From the NCBI GenBank assembly GCA_944371785.1, contig CALVXZ010000004.1, forward strand, positions 1 through 41,147: a stretch of DNA of 41,147 nucleotides, given 5' to 3'. The position numbers and the translations under genes are program-made. Each line of letters opens with the position of its first letter. Positions within the stretch are counted from its first letter, which is position 1. Shown here in pieces: positions 9,233 through 19,129 of this stretch. Source of the DNA: an uncultured Clostridia bacterium (GTDB lineage: Bacteria; Bacillota; Clostridia; Christensenellales; DTU072). The notes under the pieces are model-generated. The model worked only from the letters and a program-made list of their open reading frames with translations. It did not search any database and was not told the DNA's origin.

Positions 9233-9379
9233 GGCAGACAGCTTGTCCGCGACAAGACGGCTTTCGCCACCGATTCCGGAATGGGCGGAGTAATGATATG
9301 GCATTTCGGCACCGATTCGTTCGATCCCGAACTGTCGCTGATAAACGTAATCGACGAAGTCGTCGGTTCCGGCAGCTGA
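9233..9379 (+). pseudogene. C-terminal remnant of glycoside hydrolase family 18 (chitinase-like) gene
   Basis: GRQLVRDKTAFA...GMGGVMIW...D....SLI matches the GH18 terminal K..(Y/F)....GLGG.MIW...D motif. Confidence 0.7.
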
Positions 9380-9430
9380 CCGCTTACGTTTACGGCTCAA
9401 ATACCGCCGAGGCGACGCGGCGGCTTGTAT

Positions 9431-9460
9431 TTGACAACGGCGGCTTCGGAATGATAGAAT
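9431..9460 (+). promoter_or_regulatory. Sigma-A promoter
   Basis: TTGACA N18 TAGAAT with extended TG. Confidence 0.65.
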
Positions 9461-9486
9461 GATTGAAAAGGAGATATTTTTCCGTC

Positions 9487-9969
9487 ATGAACGAACAAGA
9501 AAGAAAACATCGAATCAAACGAACCGTTCTGCGCGTCCTGGGCGCAGCGTTGGCTTTGGCGGGATTAGGCTGCTCTATCGCCGGTTTCGTGGACCTCGCG
9601 AAGGCGTTCGGCGAACGCAGAATGCCTATGTTCTGGCTGTTTTTTATCGGCTTCCCGTTGATAGGAGTCGGAATTTTTCTGCTAAGCGCCGGTTTCCACA
9701 GGGCTATTAACAGATATATAAAGGACGAGAACGCTCCCGTATTCAACGAAATGGGACACCAGATAGCTCCGGGACTGTCGGCTATATCCGAAGCTTTGAA
9801 AACAGGCGGCGAAAAGACGGTCTGCCCCAAGTGCGGAGCCGATAACGATAAGGACGCCAAATTCTGTAAATCCTGCGGCGCTGCCCTCAGCCGCGTCTGC
9901 CCCAAGTGCGGAACGCCGAATTCCGCCGACGCCAAATTCTGCGATAACTGCGGCACGCCTTTGGCGTGA
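9487..9969 (+). CDS. Membrane protein with C-terminal double zinc ribbon
   Basis: Two TM helices and tandem CPKCG..N..DAKFC..CG repeats. Start moved to ATG 9487 because it lies downstream of the promoter and AAGGAG. Confidence 0.85.
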   Translation: MNEQERKHRIKRTVLRVLGAALALAGLGCSIAGFVDLAKAFGERRMPMFWLFFIGFPLIGVGIFLLSAGFHRAINRYIKDENAPVFNEMGHQIAPGLSAISEALKTGGEKTVCPKCGADNDKDAKFCKSCGAALSRVCPKCGTPNSADAKFCDNCGTPLA

Positions 9970-9987
9970 CGAATCAGCCTTTATCCG

Positions 9988-10023
9988 GAAAGCTCTTCCC
10001 GAACGGGCGGAGTTTTTCTTTTT
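9988..10023 (+). terminator. Probable intrinsic terminator
   Basis: Imperfect stem-loop followed by a T-rich run. Confidence 0.45.
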
Positions 10024-10060
10024 CGGAAAGGTTTTCGGGATCTGACCCGGGAGGATAAAT

Positions 10061-11407
10061 ATGCCTGAAATATACGATCTTGCGATAATCGGCGGAGGAC
10101 CTGCCGGGTACAAAGCGGCGGAACTTGCGAAAAACCGTATGAAAACGGTGATTTTCGAGGAGAAAAAAGCGGGCGGAGTCTGCCTTAACGAAGGCTGCGT
10201 TCCCACAAAGACGCTGTTGCACGTCGTAAAGGACATAGTCGCGGCGAAGGCTTTGAAAAACTACGGTTTTACCCTGACGGGCGCACCCGACTTGAATAAG
10301 ATCGCCAGGCAGAAGGACAGGGTCGTCAGGATACTGCGCGCCGGCGTCGCCGAGAGCATAAAAGGCGCGGATTATTTTAACGAAAGGGCGGAAATCGCCG
10401 GAGTTTCGGACGGAAAATTCGTCGTCCGCTCCCCCGAAAGAGAGATCCTGGCGGATAAACTGCTGATCGCGACGGGATCGTCTGCGGCTCTGCCGCCCGT
10501 TCCCGGGCTGAAAGAGGCTTTTGAAAAAGGCGTCGCGGTAACCAGCACCGGGGCTTTGGAAATAAATTCCGTACCCGAAAAATTCGTCATAATCGGCGGC
10601 GGCGTGATAGGCGTTGAAATGGCGTCGATATATTCGGCTTTGGGTTCGGAGGTGACGCTGATAGAGGCGGAATCCGAATTGTTGCCGCAATCGGATAAAG
10701 ATCTGGGCGGGTACGTCAGGAAGGCTTTCGAACGCGGCGGAATAAAAGTCCGCACCTCGACGAAAGCCGTTAAGATTACTCTGACGGAAGAAAACAACCT
10801 GCTGACTCTGGATGCGGGCGGAGCCGCGGAAGACATAACTTTCGACAGGCTTCTGGCAGCGGTGGGCAGAAGACCGAACGTCGCCGGAATAGGCTTGGAA
10901 AACATTTCGGTCAGAATCGATCGTGGAATAGTTACCGACGAATATATGCGTACTTCGGTTCCCAAAGTGTGGGCTGCGGGAGACGTAAACGGCAAAATGA
11001 TGTTGGCGCACAAAGCATACCGCGAAGCCGCGGCAGCCGTTTCGGATATGTTGGGCAACCCTTATAAAGTGCGCTACGACACCGTGCCGGAGGCGGTATA
11101 TTCCATTCCGGAAGTAGCTTCCGCGGGCGCGAAAGAAGGACAGATCGAAGGCGCCGTCGTAAGGAAGATCCCGGCTTCGTATTCGGCGCGTTACGTCGCC
11201 GAAAGCGATTCCAGGGACGGATTTGTAAAGACCGTCGTTTCGGAAGGCAGACTTGTCGGGGTACAGCTTGCTGTGCCGTATGCCGCGGAGATCGTTTCCG
11301 CTGCCTCCGTGATGATAGAAAAAGGTATGACGGAAAGCGAGATAGTCAGGCTCTGTTTCCCTCATCCCAGCGTTTCCGAATTGTTGGGGCACATACCTCG
11401 GGAATAA
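10061..11407 (+). CDS. lpdA: Dihydrolipoyl dehydrogenase
   Basis: GGGPAG FAD motif, GGVCLNEGCVPTK redox disulfide, GGGVIGVE NAD motif, C-terminal HPSVSE. Confidence 0.88.
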   Translation: MPEIYDLAIIGGGPAGYKAAELAKNRMKTVIFEEKKAGGVCLNEGCVPTKTLLHVVKDIVAAKALKNYGFTLTGAPDLNKIARQKDRVVRILRAGVAESIKGADYFNERAEIAGVSDGKFVVRSPEREILADKLLIATGSSAALPPVPGLKEAFEKGVAVTSTGALEINSVPEKFVIIGGGVIGVEMASIYSALGSEVTLIEAESELLPQSDKDLGGYVRKAFERGGIKVRTSTKAVKITLTEENNLLTLDAGGAAEDITFDRLLAAVGRRPNVAGIGLENISVRIDRGIVTDEYMRTSVPKVWAAGDVNGKMMLAHKAYREAAAAVSDMLGNPYKVRYDTVPEAVYSIPEVASAGAKEGQIEGAVVRKIPASYSARYVAESDSRDGFVKTVVSEGRLVGVQLAVPYAAEIVSAASVMIEKGMTESEIVRLCFPHPSVSELLGHIPRE

Positions 11408-11480
11408 TATTTATCCGCCACGAAAAGATACTAAATGTAAAATTAAGTTTATATACGCGATACGCACGGCTAACCGAGGC

Positions 11481-11509
11481 TTGAAAAACGGCGGACGGTT
11501 TGGTACAAT
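11481..11509 (+). promoter_or_regulatory. Sigma-A promoter, probably giving a leaderless mRNA
   Basis: TTGAAA N17 TACAAT with extended TG; ATG follows 6 nt later; no SD. Confidence 0.65.
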
Positions 11510-11515
11510 CAGAAT

Positions 11516-12232
11516 ATGAACAGATACGATAAATTTTCGGAAAGATTGGCACTGACGATAGCAATGTTGCTTCTGGCGTGTTACGTCGTCGTTATGGGCG
11601 GCGCGGCTTTTATGCGCTTCAGACGGGGAGAAAGCATATATCACGATGTTAAAGTTTCCGTCTTTGCGCGCGAAAACAAAGACGAACCCAAGGGCGGCGT
11701 CGTTTTCGCCGGCGATTCCATAACAGATTTTTGCGACCTCGATAAATATTATCCCGGGCTGGACGCAGTAAACAGAGGCATAGCCGGCGATCTGACGGTG
11801 GGGCTTCAGCGGAGAATGAACGAATCGATATTCGATCTGGAGCCGCGCCTGGTAGTCATTCTGATCGGAGTCAACGACCTTGGCAGAAGGGCAAAGCCCG
11901 AAACGGTGATCGCAAATATCTTCGACATTGTTTCCGAGATCCGTGAAAAACTTCCCGAAACGCGCATTGTGCTGCAATCGGTGTACCCCGTCAGCGAAAA
12001 GTGGGGCAAAGCCTATTTTAAACGCGTGTCACCCGGAGTCGTCACCGTCAATAAAGCTCTTTCCGCCGGCGAAGCCGAATACGGATATACTTATGCCGAC
12101 GTCTATTCGGTGCTTGCGGACGAAAACGGCAGACTGCCCGACGCCCTGACCGAGGACGGATTGCATCCGAACGCCGCGGGCTACGAGATCATCTCCGCAT
12201 ACCTGTATCCCATAATAAAAAGTTTGATCTGA
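11516..12232 (+). CDS. SGNH/GDSL hydrolase with N-terminal membrane anchor
   Basis: GDSIT, NRGIAGD, GVND and DGLHPN blocks. Confidence 0.9.
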   Translation: MNRYDKFSERLALTIAMLLLACYVVVMGGAAFMRFRRGESIYHDVKVSVFARENKDEPKGGVVFAGDSITDFCDLDKYYPGLDAVNRGIAGDLTVGLQRRMNESIFDLEPRLVVILIGVNDLGRRAKPETVIANIFDIVSEIREKLPETRIVLQSVYPVSEKWGKAYFKRVSPGVVTVNKALSAGEAEYGYTYADVYSVLADENGRLPDALTEDGLHPNAAGYEIISAYLYPIIKSLI

Positions 12233-12279
12233 CGGCGGTTTCGCGGCGTATAGCCGATACCGCATAACGCCGTTACCGG

Positions 12280-12302
12280 AAAAGGCGCCGCGCGCCTTTT
12301 TT
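12280..12302 (+). terminator. Intrinsic terminator
   Basis: AAAAGGCGC-loop-GCGCCTTTTTT. Confidence 0.75.
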
Positions 12303-12407
12303 ATTAAATAAATTTCCGTCGTTTCGTCCGCCGTTCCTCTTTCGGAGCGCCCGTACGGCGCCCGCACGCGCGCTGTTCTTTATAATATTCCGTAAAACCG
12401 CATACTC

Positions 12408-12501
12408 AGAACAATTATACAAACATTTTGCATATAACTATAAAAATATTCATAATTATTGCCTTTGTTTTGTTGATTTATGCAAACGAAGGGGCTATAA
12501 T
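12408..12501 (+). promoter_or_regulatory. arg operon promoter with candidate ARG boxes
   Basis: TTGATT (12473-12478) N17 TATAAT (12496-12501); degenerate TGMATWWWWATKCA-like sites at 12408-12421, 12429-12452 and 12471-12484. Confidence 0.6.
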
Positions 12502-12529
12502 GTATGTATAAAATCCGGAGGCACGATTC

Positions 12530-13753
12530 ATGGATAAGAAAATCAAAAAAATAGTACTTGCATATTCGGGCGGCTTGGACACGTCGATAATAATCCCCTG
12601 GTTAAAGGAAAATTACGACAATCCCGAGATTATTGCCGTCAGCGGCGACGTCGGTCAGGGAACCGAACTCGACGGGTTGGAAGAAAAAGCCATTAAAACG
12701 GGCGCTTCCAAACTTTACGTTCTGGATCTGAAGGAAAAATTCGTTACCGATTACGTTTTCCCGACTCTGAAAGCCGGCGCCAAATACGAAGAATATCTTT
12801 TGGGAACGGCTTTTGCGCGTCCCATAATAGCCAAAGGCATAGTCGACATCGCCCTGAAGGAAGGCGCCGACGCGATTTGCCACGGCTGCACCGGCAAAGG
12901 CAACGACCAGGTCCGTTTCGAACTGACGATAAAAGCTTTTGCGCCGGGTATGAAGATAATCGCTCCATGGCGTATATGGGACATAAAGAGCCGCGAAGAA
13001 GAAATCGCCTATGCGGAAGCGCATAACGTGCCTTTGAAAATAAACCGTGAAACCAACTATTCGAAGGACAAGAACCTTTGGCACCTTTCGCACGAAGGTC
13101 TTGACCTGGAAGACCCCGCGAACGAACCGCAATACGAAAAGAAGGGATTCCTCGAAATGGGAGTCAGCCCGATAGACGCTCCCGACGAACCAACTTATGT
13201 ATCGATAGACTTCGAAAAGGGTATTCCCGTAGCCATAGACGGAAAGAAGACCGATCCCGTTTCGTTGGTATACAAACTTAACGAATTGGGCGGCAAGAAC
13301 GGCATAGGTCTGTTGGACATAGTCGAAAACAGATTGGTCGGAATGAAATCCAGGGGCGTGTACGAAACTCCCGGCGGAGCCATTCTGTACAAGGCGCACG
13401 AAATATTGGAAACGATATGCCTGGATCGCGATACCGCCCACTATAAGGCGATAGTCGCTCAACAGTTTGCCGAACAGGTGTATTTCGGAAAATGGTTCAC
13501 GCCGCTGAGGGAGGCGCTGTCCGCATTCGTGGACAAGACCCAGGAAAACGTCACCGGCACCGTAAAGCTGAAACTTTACAAGGGCAACATCATCAACGCC
13601 GGCGTTACTTCTCCGTATTCCCTGTACAATCCCGAATTCGCGACTTTCGACGAGGACGAAGTTTACAACCAAAAGGATTCCGAAGGATTCATCAATCTGT
13701 TCGGATTGCCGCTGACCGTCCGCGCGATAATGGAAAAAGCGCAGAAAAAATAA
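12530..13753 (+). CDS. argG: Argininosuccinate synthase
   Basis: [40 protein letters not shown]. Confidence 0.98.
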   Translation: MDKKIKKIVLAYSGGLDTSIIIPWLKENYDNPEIIAVSGDVGQGTELDGLEEKAIKTGASKLYVLDLKEKFVTDYVFPTLKAGAKYEEYLLGTAFARPIIAKGIVDIALKEGADAICHGCTGKGNDQVRFELTIKAFAPGMKIIAPWRIWDIKSREEEIAYAEAHNVPLKINRETNYSKDKNLWHLSHEGLDLEDPANEPQYEKKGFLEMGVSPIDAPDEPTYVSIDFEKGIPVAIDGKKTDPVSLVYKLNELGGKNGIGLLDIVENRLVGMKSRGVYETPGGAILYKAHEILETICLDRDTAHYKAIVAQQFAEQVYFGKWFTPLREALSAFVDKTQENVTGTVKLKLYKGNIINAGVTSPYSLYNPEFATFDEDEVYNQKDSEGFINLFGLPLTVRAIMEKAQKK

Positions 13754-13788
13754 GTTTATGTAGCTATAGCTACGGAAAAAGGAGTTAT

Positions 13789-15159
13789 ATGGGAGATCTT
13801 TGGTCGGCAAGGTTCCAAACCTCACCCGATGAAAAGTTAAAGGCGTTCAACTCATCGATATCCGTCGATGGGTTGATGTATATTGAGGATATCGAAGGTT
13901 CCCTGGCGCATGCTGCGATGTTGGCGGAACAGGGAATCATTTCCGCAGACGACGCAAAAGCGATAGAGGACGGGTTGAAGGGTATTCTGTCGGATGTACG
14001 TTCGGGCGCGCTGAGTATAGATCCCGACGCCGAAGACATCCATATGTTTATCGAAGGGGAGCTGACCAAACGTATCGGCGAACCCGGAAAAAGGCTGCAT
14101 ACCGCAAGGTCGCGTAACGATCAGGTGGCTACGGACATCAGGCTGTATCTGAAAAAACGCGCCGAAAACGTGTGCGACGGGATACGCGGTTTCGTCGACG
14201 CCCTGTACCGCACGGCGGCGGCGCATACCGATTTCGTTATGCCGGGATATACTCATCTGCAACGCGCTCAGCCCGTAACGCTGGCGCACCATCTTGCGGC
14301 TTATGCGGAAATGTTTATGCGCGATTATTCGCGGTTTACCGACGCCGTAAACAGGATGAACTACTGCCCGTTGGGTTCGGCGGCTCTGGCAGGGACGACT
14401 TATCCGATAGACAGGCGGCTTACGGCAAAGCTTCTGGGATTCACCGCGCCTACGGCAAATTCCCTGGACGGCGTTTCGGACAGGGATTTCGCGGCGGAAC
14501 TCGCCTTTGCGGCGTCGCTTGCGATGACGCATCTGTCCAGGCTTTCCGAAGAGGTCATACTGTGGTGTTCGTGGGAATTCAAATTTATGGAACTTTCCGA
14601 CGCTTTTTCGACGGGATCGTCGATAATGCCGCAAAAGAAAAATCCCGACGTCGCAGAATTGGTCAGAGGCAAAACCGGCAGGGTCTACGGCGATCTTATC
14701 GCGCTTTTGACGATGATAAAAGGTCTGCCGCTTGCGTACAACAAGGATATGCAGGAGGACAAAGAGGCGGTATTCGACGCTTTGCGGACGCTGTCGGACT
14801 GCCTGGAGATATTTGCTCCGATGCTGCTTTCCGCGCGGTTCAACCGCGAAAATATGCTGAACGCCGCGAAAAAAGGTTTCATCAACGCCACTGACATGGC
14901 GGATTACCTGACGAAAAAGGGCATGCCGTTCCGTTCGGCTTATAAACTTGTAGGGGAATTGGTATTCAAAGCGCAGGAAAAGGGCGTCGGATTGGAAGAT
15001 TTTTCCCCGGAAGAATTAAAGGCGCTGTCGCCTCTGTTCGAAAAGGACGTGTATGACGAGATAGCTTTGAAAAACTGCGTTTCGAAACGTTCCTCCGAAG
15101 GCGGACCGGCGGATATAGACAGTCAATTAAAACGTATCGGGGAGTTTTTGAATGCCTGA
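13789..15159 (+). CDS. argH: Argininosuccinate lyase
   Basis: HTARSRNDQ, MPGYTHLQRAQP, STGSSIMPQKKNPD; ATG 13789 after AAGGAG. Confidence 0.97.
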   Translation: MGDLWSARFQTSPDEKLKAFNSSISVDGLMYIEDIEGSLAHAAMLAEQGIISADDAKAIEDGLKGILSDVRSGALSIDPDAEDIHMFIEGELTKRIGEPGKRLHTARSRNDQVATDIRLYLKKRAENVCDGIRGFVDALYRTAAAHTDFVMPGYTHLQRAQPVTLAHHLAAYAEMFMRDYSRFTDAVNRMNYCPLGSAALAGTTYPIDRRLTAKLLGFTAPTANSLDGVSDRDFAAELAFAASLAMTHLSRLSEEVILWCSWEFKFMELSDAFSTGSSIMPQKKNPDVAELVRGKTGRVYGDLIALLTMIKGLPLAYNKDMQEDKEAVFDALRTLSDCLEIFAPMLLSARFNRENMLNAAKKGFINATDMADYLTKKGMPFRSAYKLVGELVFKAQEKGVGLEDFSPEELKALSPLFEKDVYDEIALKNCVSKRSSEGGPADIDSQLKRIGEFLNA

Positions 15160-16066
15160 GATTTTTATAGACGGTTGGCAGGGTACAACGGGTCTGCAGA
15201 TCGTACAACGTTTAAAACAAAGGGACGACCTGAAAGTCGTCGTGTTGGAAGGAGAGGAACGCAAGTCCCTCTTTTCGCGCATAGCCGCGATAAAAAAAGC
15301 CGACGTGACGGTGCTTTGTCTGCCGGATTCCGCGGCGAACGAGATAGCCGGTTCCGTCCCCGAAAGCGCCAGGATAATAGACGCTTCGACGGCGCACCGC
15401 ACGAATCCGGAATGGGCTTACGGTATGCCGGAACTAGGTAAGGAATTCAAGGACAAGATCGCCTCTTCCAATCGCGTGGCAAATCCCGGCTGCCACGCTT
15501 CCGGCGCGATCGCCATATTGTATCCGTTGATAAAAAACGGAGTTCTGGCTCCTGAAAGTCTGATATCGGTAACCTCTTTGACGGGTTATTCGGGAGGCGG
15601 CAAAAGTATGATCTCCGATTACGAACAGAAAGGATATTCGTACTCCAGGGCGTACCAGCCGTATCAGACGCACAAACATTTGCCTGAAATTTGTTATGTG
15701 ACGGGGCTGAAAAACGCACCGGTATTCCTGCCGGTGGCGGAACCGTTCTATTCGGGGATGATGGTAACGGTGCCTCTGCACGTCGGTACGCTGAACGGTA
15801 TCGGATCGCCGGAAGAACTGAAAAAACTCTATTCGGAATTTTACGTCGACGGAGTGATTTCCGTGGGCGAAATTTATCAGGGGGGATTCGCCGACGCGGG
15901 ATCGAAACACGGGCGCGACGATATGACGATATCCGTGGACGGCAATTCCGAAAGGCTGACGGTGACGGCGGTGTTCGACAACCTCGGCAAAGGCGCGTCT
16001 GGCGCCTGTATACAAAATATGAACATAATGCTCGGAACAGACGAAAGGAAAGGATTAGTTTTATGA
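15152..16066 (+). CDS. argC: N-acetyl-gamma-glutamyl-phosphate reductase (short type 2 form)
   Basis: FIDG..GTTG, IDASTAHR, ANPGCH, GYSGGG, DNLGKGASG. Confidence 0.95.
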   Translation: MPEIFIDGWQGTTGLQIVQRLKQRDDLKVVVLEGEERKSLFSRIAAIKKADVTVLCLPDSAANEIAGSVPESARIIDASTAHRTNPEWAYGMPELGKEFKDKIASSNRVANPGCHASGAIAILYPLIKNGVLAPESLISVTSLTGYSGGGKSMISDYEQKGYSYSRAYQPYQTHKHLPEICYVTGLKNAPVFLPVAEPFYSGMMVTVPLHVGTLNGIGSPEELKKLYSEFYVDGVISVGEIYQGGFADAGSKHGRDDMTISVDGNSERLTVTAVFDNLGKGASGACIQNMNIMLGTDERKGLVL

Positions 16067-17286
16067 TTGAATTTACGGAAGGCGGCGTAACCGCTCCGAA
16101 AGGGTTTTCGGCGGCAGGTATCCACGCAGGTATCAGGAAAAACCGTTCGAAACGCGATATGGCGCTGATTTTATGCGACGTGCGTGCGGCTGCGGCTGCG
16201 GTCTATACGACGAACCTTGTGAAAGGCGCGCCGCTGACGGTAACCAAAGAACATATCGCCGACGGCTACGCGCGCGCGATATTGTGTAATTCCGGAAACG
16301 CCAACACCTGCAACGCGAACGGAACAGAGATAGCCGAACAAAGCTCCGAGATCCTGGCGAAAACGCTGGGCATTTCCGCCGACGACGTCATCGTCGCTTC
16401 GACGGGGGTGATCGGTCAGCAAATGAACATTGCTCCCTTTGAAAGCGGCATACCGATGCTGAAAGACGCGCTTTCTTATACGGCGGAAGGCTCCGCGGAC
16501 GCCGCCGAAGCCATAATGACTACGGATACCGTCATGAAATCGGTGGCGGTAAAGACGGAAATCGGAGGCAGGGAAGTCAGGATAGGCGGTATCGCAAAAG
16601 GTTCGGGAATGATAAATCCGAATATGGCGACAATGTTGGTGTTCGTCACCACGGACGCCGCCATCACGCCCGCGATGTTGCAAAAAGCCGTGTCCGAAGA
16701 CGTGGCGGATTCGTTCAATATGGTGACCGTGGACGGCGACACTTCCACAAACGATATGTTCGTCGTAATGGCTTCCGGGTTGGCTGAAAACCCCGTCATA
16801 GACGGCGAGGGCGAAGACTTCGCGGCGTTCAAAAAGGCGCTTGCGTCGGTGACCGTGAAACTTTGCAAGATGTTGGCTACCGACGGCGAAGGCGCGACAA
16901 AGGGTCTTATTTGCCGCGTTACGGGAGCCCGAACCAAAGAAATTGCGCGCGTCGCCGCAAAAGCCGTCGTCGGCAGTTCGTTGGTGAAAGCCGCATTCTT
17001 CGGCGCGGACGCGAATTGGGGAAGGATCTTATGCGCGTTGGGTTATTCCGGCGCGGACATAGACGTCGACAAGATAGACGTTTACTTCGGATCGGCGGCG
17101 GGCAGGATACCCGTATGCAAGAACGGGCGCGGCGTCGATTTTTCGGAGGAGCTGGCAAAAAAGATACTCAGCGAACGCGAGATCCATATCGACGTCGAAT
17201 TGAATTCGGGGGACGAACAAGCCGCGGCATGGGGCTGCGATCTTACTTACGATTACGTTAAAATCAACGGAGATTACCGTACCTGA
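16063..17286 (+). CDS. argJ: Glutamate N-acetyltransferase / ornithine acetyltransferase
   Basis: NSGNAN, IMTTDT, KGSGMINPNMATML, DGDTSTND, DGEGATK, WGCDLTYDYV; ATGA overlap with argC. Confidence 0.97.
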   Translation: MIEFTEGGVTAPKGFSAAGIHAGIRKNRSKRDMALILCDVRAAAAAVYTTNLVKGAPLTVTKEHIADGYARAILCNSGNANTCNANGTEIAEQSSEILAKTLGISADDVIVASTGVIGQQMNIAPFESGIPMLKDALSYTAEGSADAAEAIMTTDTVMKSVAVKTEIGGREVRIGGIAKGSGMINPNMATMLVFVTTDAAITPAMLQKAVSEDVADSFNMVTVDGDTSTNDMFVVMASGLAENPVIDGEGEDFAAFKKALASVTVKLCKMLATDGEGATKGLICRVTGARTKEIARVAAKAVVGSSLVKAAFFGADANWGRILCALGYSGADIDVDKIDVYFGSAAGRIPVCKNGRGVDFSEELAKKILSEREIHIDVELNSGDEQAAAWGCDLTYDYVKINGDYRT

Positions 17287-17297
17287 ACGGAGGAAAT

Positions 17298-18149
17298 ATG
17301 CAGATATCTAACGCAGACAAAGCCGAAATTTTATTGGAAGCTCTGCCGTACATCAAAAAGTACGCGGGCGAAACCGTCGTCATCAAATACGGCGGCAGCG
17401 CCATGATCGACGAAAAGTTGAAAAAGATGGTCGTAAACGACATCGTTTTGCTGAAACAGATCGGCGTCAAACCCGTCGTCGTACACGGCGGCGGTCCCGA
17501 AATATCGGCGACTTTGAACAAAATGGGCGTTCAGTCCCGTTTCGTAGACGGTCTGAGAGTTACCGACGAAGAAAGCGTCGGCGTGGTGCAGATGGTGCTG
17601 GCGGGAAAAATAAACAAGGACCTGGTGGCTCTGTTCGGTTCGATGGATTCGAACGCGATAGGGCTGTGCGGCATCGACGGCAAACTGATAGAGGCTGAAC
17701 CGCTGAACGCGGAATTGGGATATGTCGGCGGAGTCAAAAAGATCGATCCGAAGCCCGTCGAAGACGCTTTGGCTTGCGGATACATTCCCGTCGTCGCGCC
17801 GATAGGCATTGGCGACGACGGAAAAGTGTACAACATCAACGCCGACACCGCGGCAGCCAGGATCGCCGGAGCTTTGCACGCCAAATCCTTCATCAACATG
17901 ACCGACGAAAAGGGTATTTTGAAAAATAAGGACGATGAAGACAGCCTGATACGCGAAGTGTCTGCTTCGGAAGCGGGAGAGCTGATATCCGAGGGCATAG
18001 TTTCCGGAGGCATGATGCCGAAGGTGCGCTGTTGTATAGACGCCATTCGCCGCGGAGTCGAAAAGGTGTTTATAATCGACGGCAGAGAGCCGCATTCGCT
18101 GCTTATCGAAGTGCTTTCCGATCAAGGTATCGGAACCATGTTCTATTGA
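17298..18149 (+). CDS. argB: Acetylglutamate kinase
   Basis: VIKYGG, VHGGGP, NINAD, GGMMPK. Confidence 0.97.
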   Translation: MQISNADKAEILLEALPYIKKYAGETVVIKYGGSAMIDEKLKKMVVNDIVLLKQIGVKPVVVHGGGPEISATLNKMGVQSRFVDGLRVTDEESVGVVQMVLAGKINKDLVALFGSMDSNAIGLCGIDGKLIEAEPLNAELGYVGGVKKIDPKPVEDALACGYIPVVAPIGIGDDGKVYNINADTAAARIAGALHAKSFINMTDEKGILKNKDDEDSLIREVSASEAGELISEGIVSGGMMPKVRCCIDAIRRGVEKVFIIDGREPHSLLIEVLSDQGIGTMFY

Positions 18150-18157
18150 GGTGAAGG

Positions 18158-19072
18158 ATGAAACATTTATTGAAACTCGGCGATCTGACAGCCAGGGAAA
18201 TTACCGATATATTAAATCTTGCCGACCAGCTGAAGTTCGAAAAATACAACGGCGAAAGAAAACCCTACCTTGCCGGCAAGACTTTGGGAATGATATTTAC
18301 GAAGGCTTCCACCAGGACCAGGGTGTCGTTTGAAGTGGGTATGTACCAATTGGGAGGTAACGCGCTGTTCCTCAGCGGCTCCGATATGCAGATCGGCCGC
18401 GGCGAACCCGCGGAGGATACCGCCAGGGTGCTTTCCAAATATCTGGACGGCATAATGATCAGGACCTTCAAACAGGAAGAAGTCGAAAAGCTTGCGGCTT
18501 TCAGCGACATACCCGTCATAAACGGGCTGACCGATTATTGCCATCCCTGCCAGGTGCTGGCGGACCTTATGACGATCCGCGAAAGGAAAGGTTCCTTCAA
18601 GGGCAAGAAACTTACCTTTATAGGCGACGGGAACAATATGGCGAATTCGTTGATAGTCGGCGCGGTAAAGACGGGAATGGAAATAGCCGTGGCTTGCCCG
18701 AAAGGTTACGAACCGGACGCCGATATTATCAAATGGGGATCCCAAAACGGCAAAGTTATGATAACGGACGACGTCAAAGCCGCCGCCGAAGGCGCCGATA
18801 TAATGTATACCGACGTGTGGGCGAGCATGGGTCAGGAAGGCGAAGCTCAGCTGAGGAAGGATAAATTCAAAGGCTTCTGTATCGATTCGGATCTGATGAA
18901 ACTTGCCAAAAAAGACGCTATGGTACTGCATTGTCTTCCGGCTCACCGCGGCGAGGAAATTTCGGCGGAAGTTCTGGAAGCGCACGCCGACGAGATCTTT
19001 GCCGAGGCGGAAAACAGACTGCACGCTCAAAAGGCGGTCATGGTGACTCTGATGGGTCAGAACAGGCAATAA
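18158..19072 (+). CDS. argF: Ornithine carbamoyltransferase
   Basis: STRTR, HPCQ, DVWASMG, HCLPAHRG, AENR. Confidence 0.97.
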   Translation: MKHLLKLGDLTAREITDILNLADQLKFEKYNGERKPYLAGKTLGMIFTKASTRTRVSFEVGMYQLGGNALFLSGSDMQIGRGEPAEDTARVLSKYLDGIMIRTFKQEEVEKLAAFSDIPVINGLTDYCHPCQVLADLMTIRERKGSFKGKKLTFIGDGNNMANSLIVGAVKTGMEIAVACPKGYEPDADIIKWGSQNGKVMITDDVKAAAEGADIMYTDVWASMGQEGEAQLRKDKFKGFCIDSDLMKLAKKDAMVLHCLPAHRGEEISAEVLEAHADEIFAEAENRLHAQKAVMVTLMGQNRQ

Positions 19073-19129
19073 GGCGATTTGAACGCATTTAATTCGCCGG
19101 GCAGCGCGCCCGGCGTCAAAGGAGAAAAC

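Larger units (their letters stand above)
760..9235. mobile_element. Degenerate defence island (AbiE TA plus MTase/ParB-like/SNF2/DUF3883 operon)
   Basis: AT-rich composition relative to flanks (especially 2620-9150), defence cargo, truncated host genes at both ends, serine recombinase remnant at the right end; boundaries approximate. Confidence 0.75.

Noticed and set aside
9820-9960. Direct DNA repeat (GTCTGCCCCAAGTGCGGA...GACGCCAAATTCTG)
   Set aside because: Explained by the tandem zinc-ribbon domains; not CRISPR
13492-13788. N-terminal extension of argH in the ORF track (similar extensions on argJ 15691-16062 and carA 19079-19129)
   Set aside because: The argH and argJ extensions overlap upstream genes, and all three have a better start with an SD downstream
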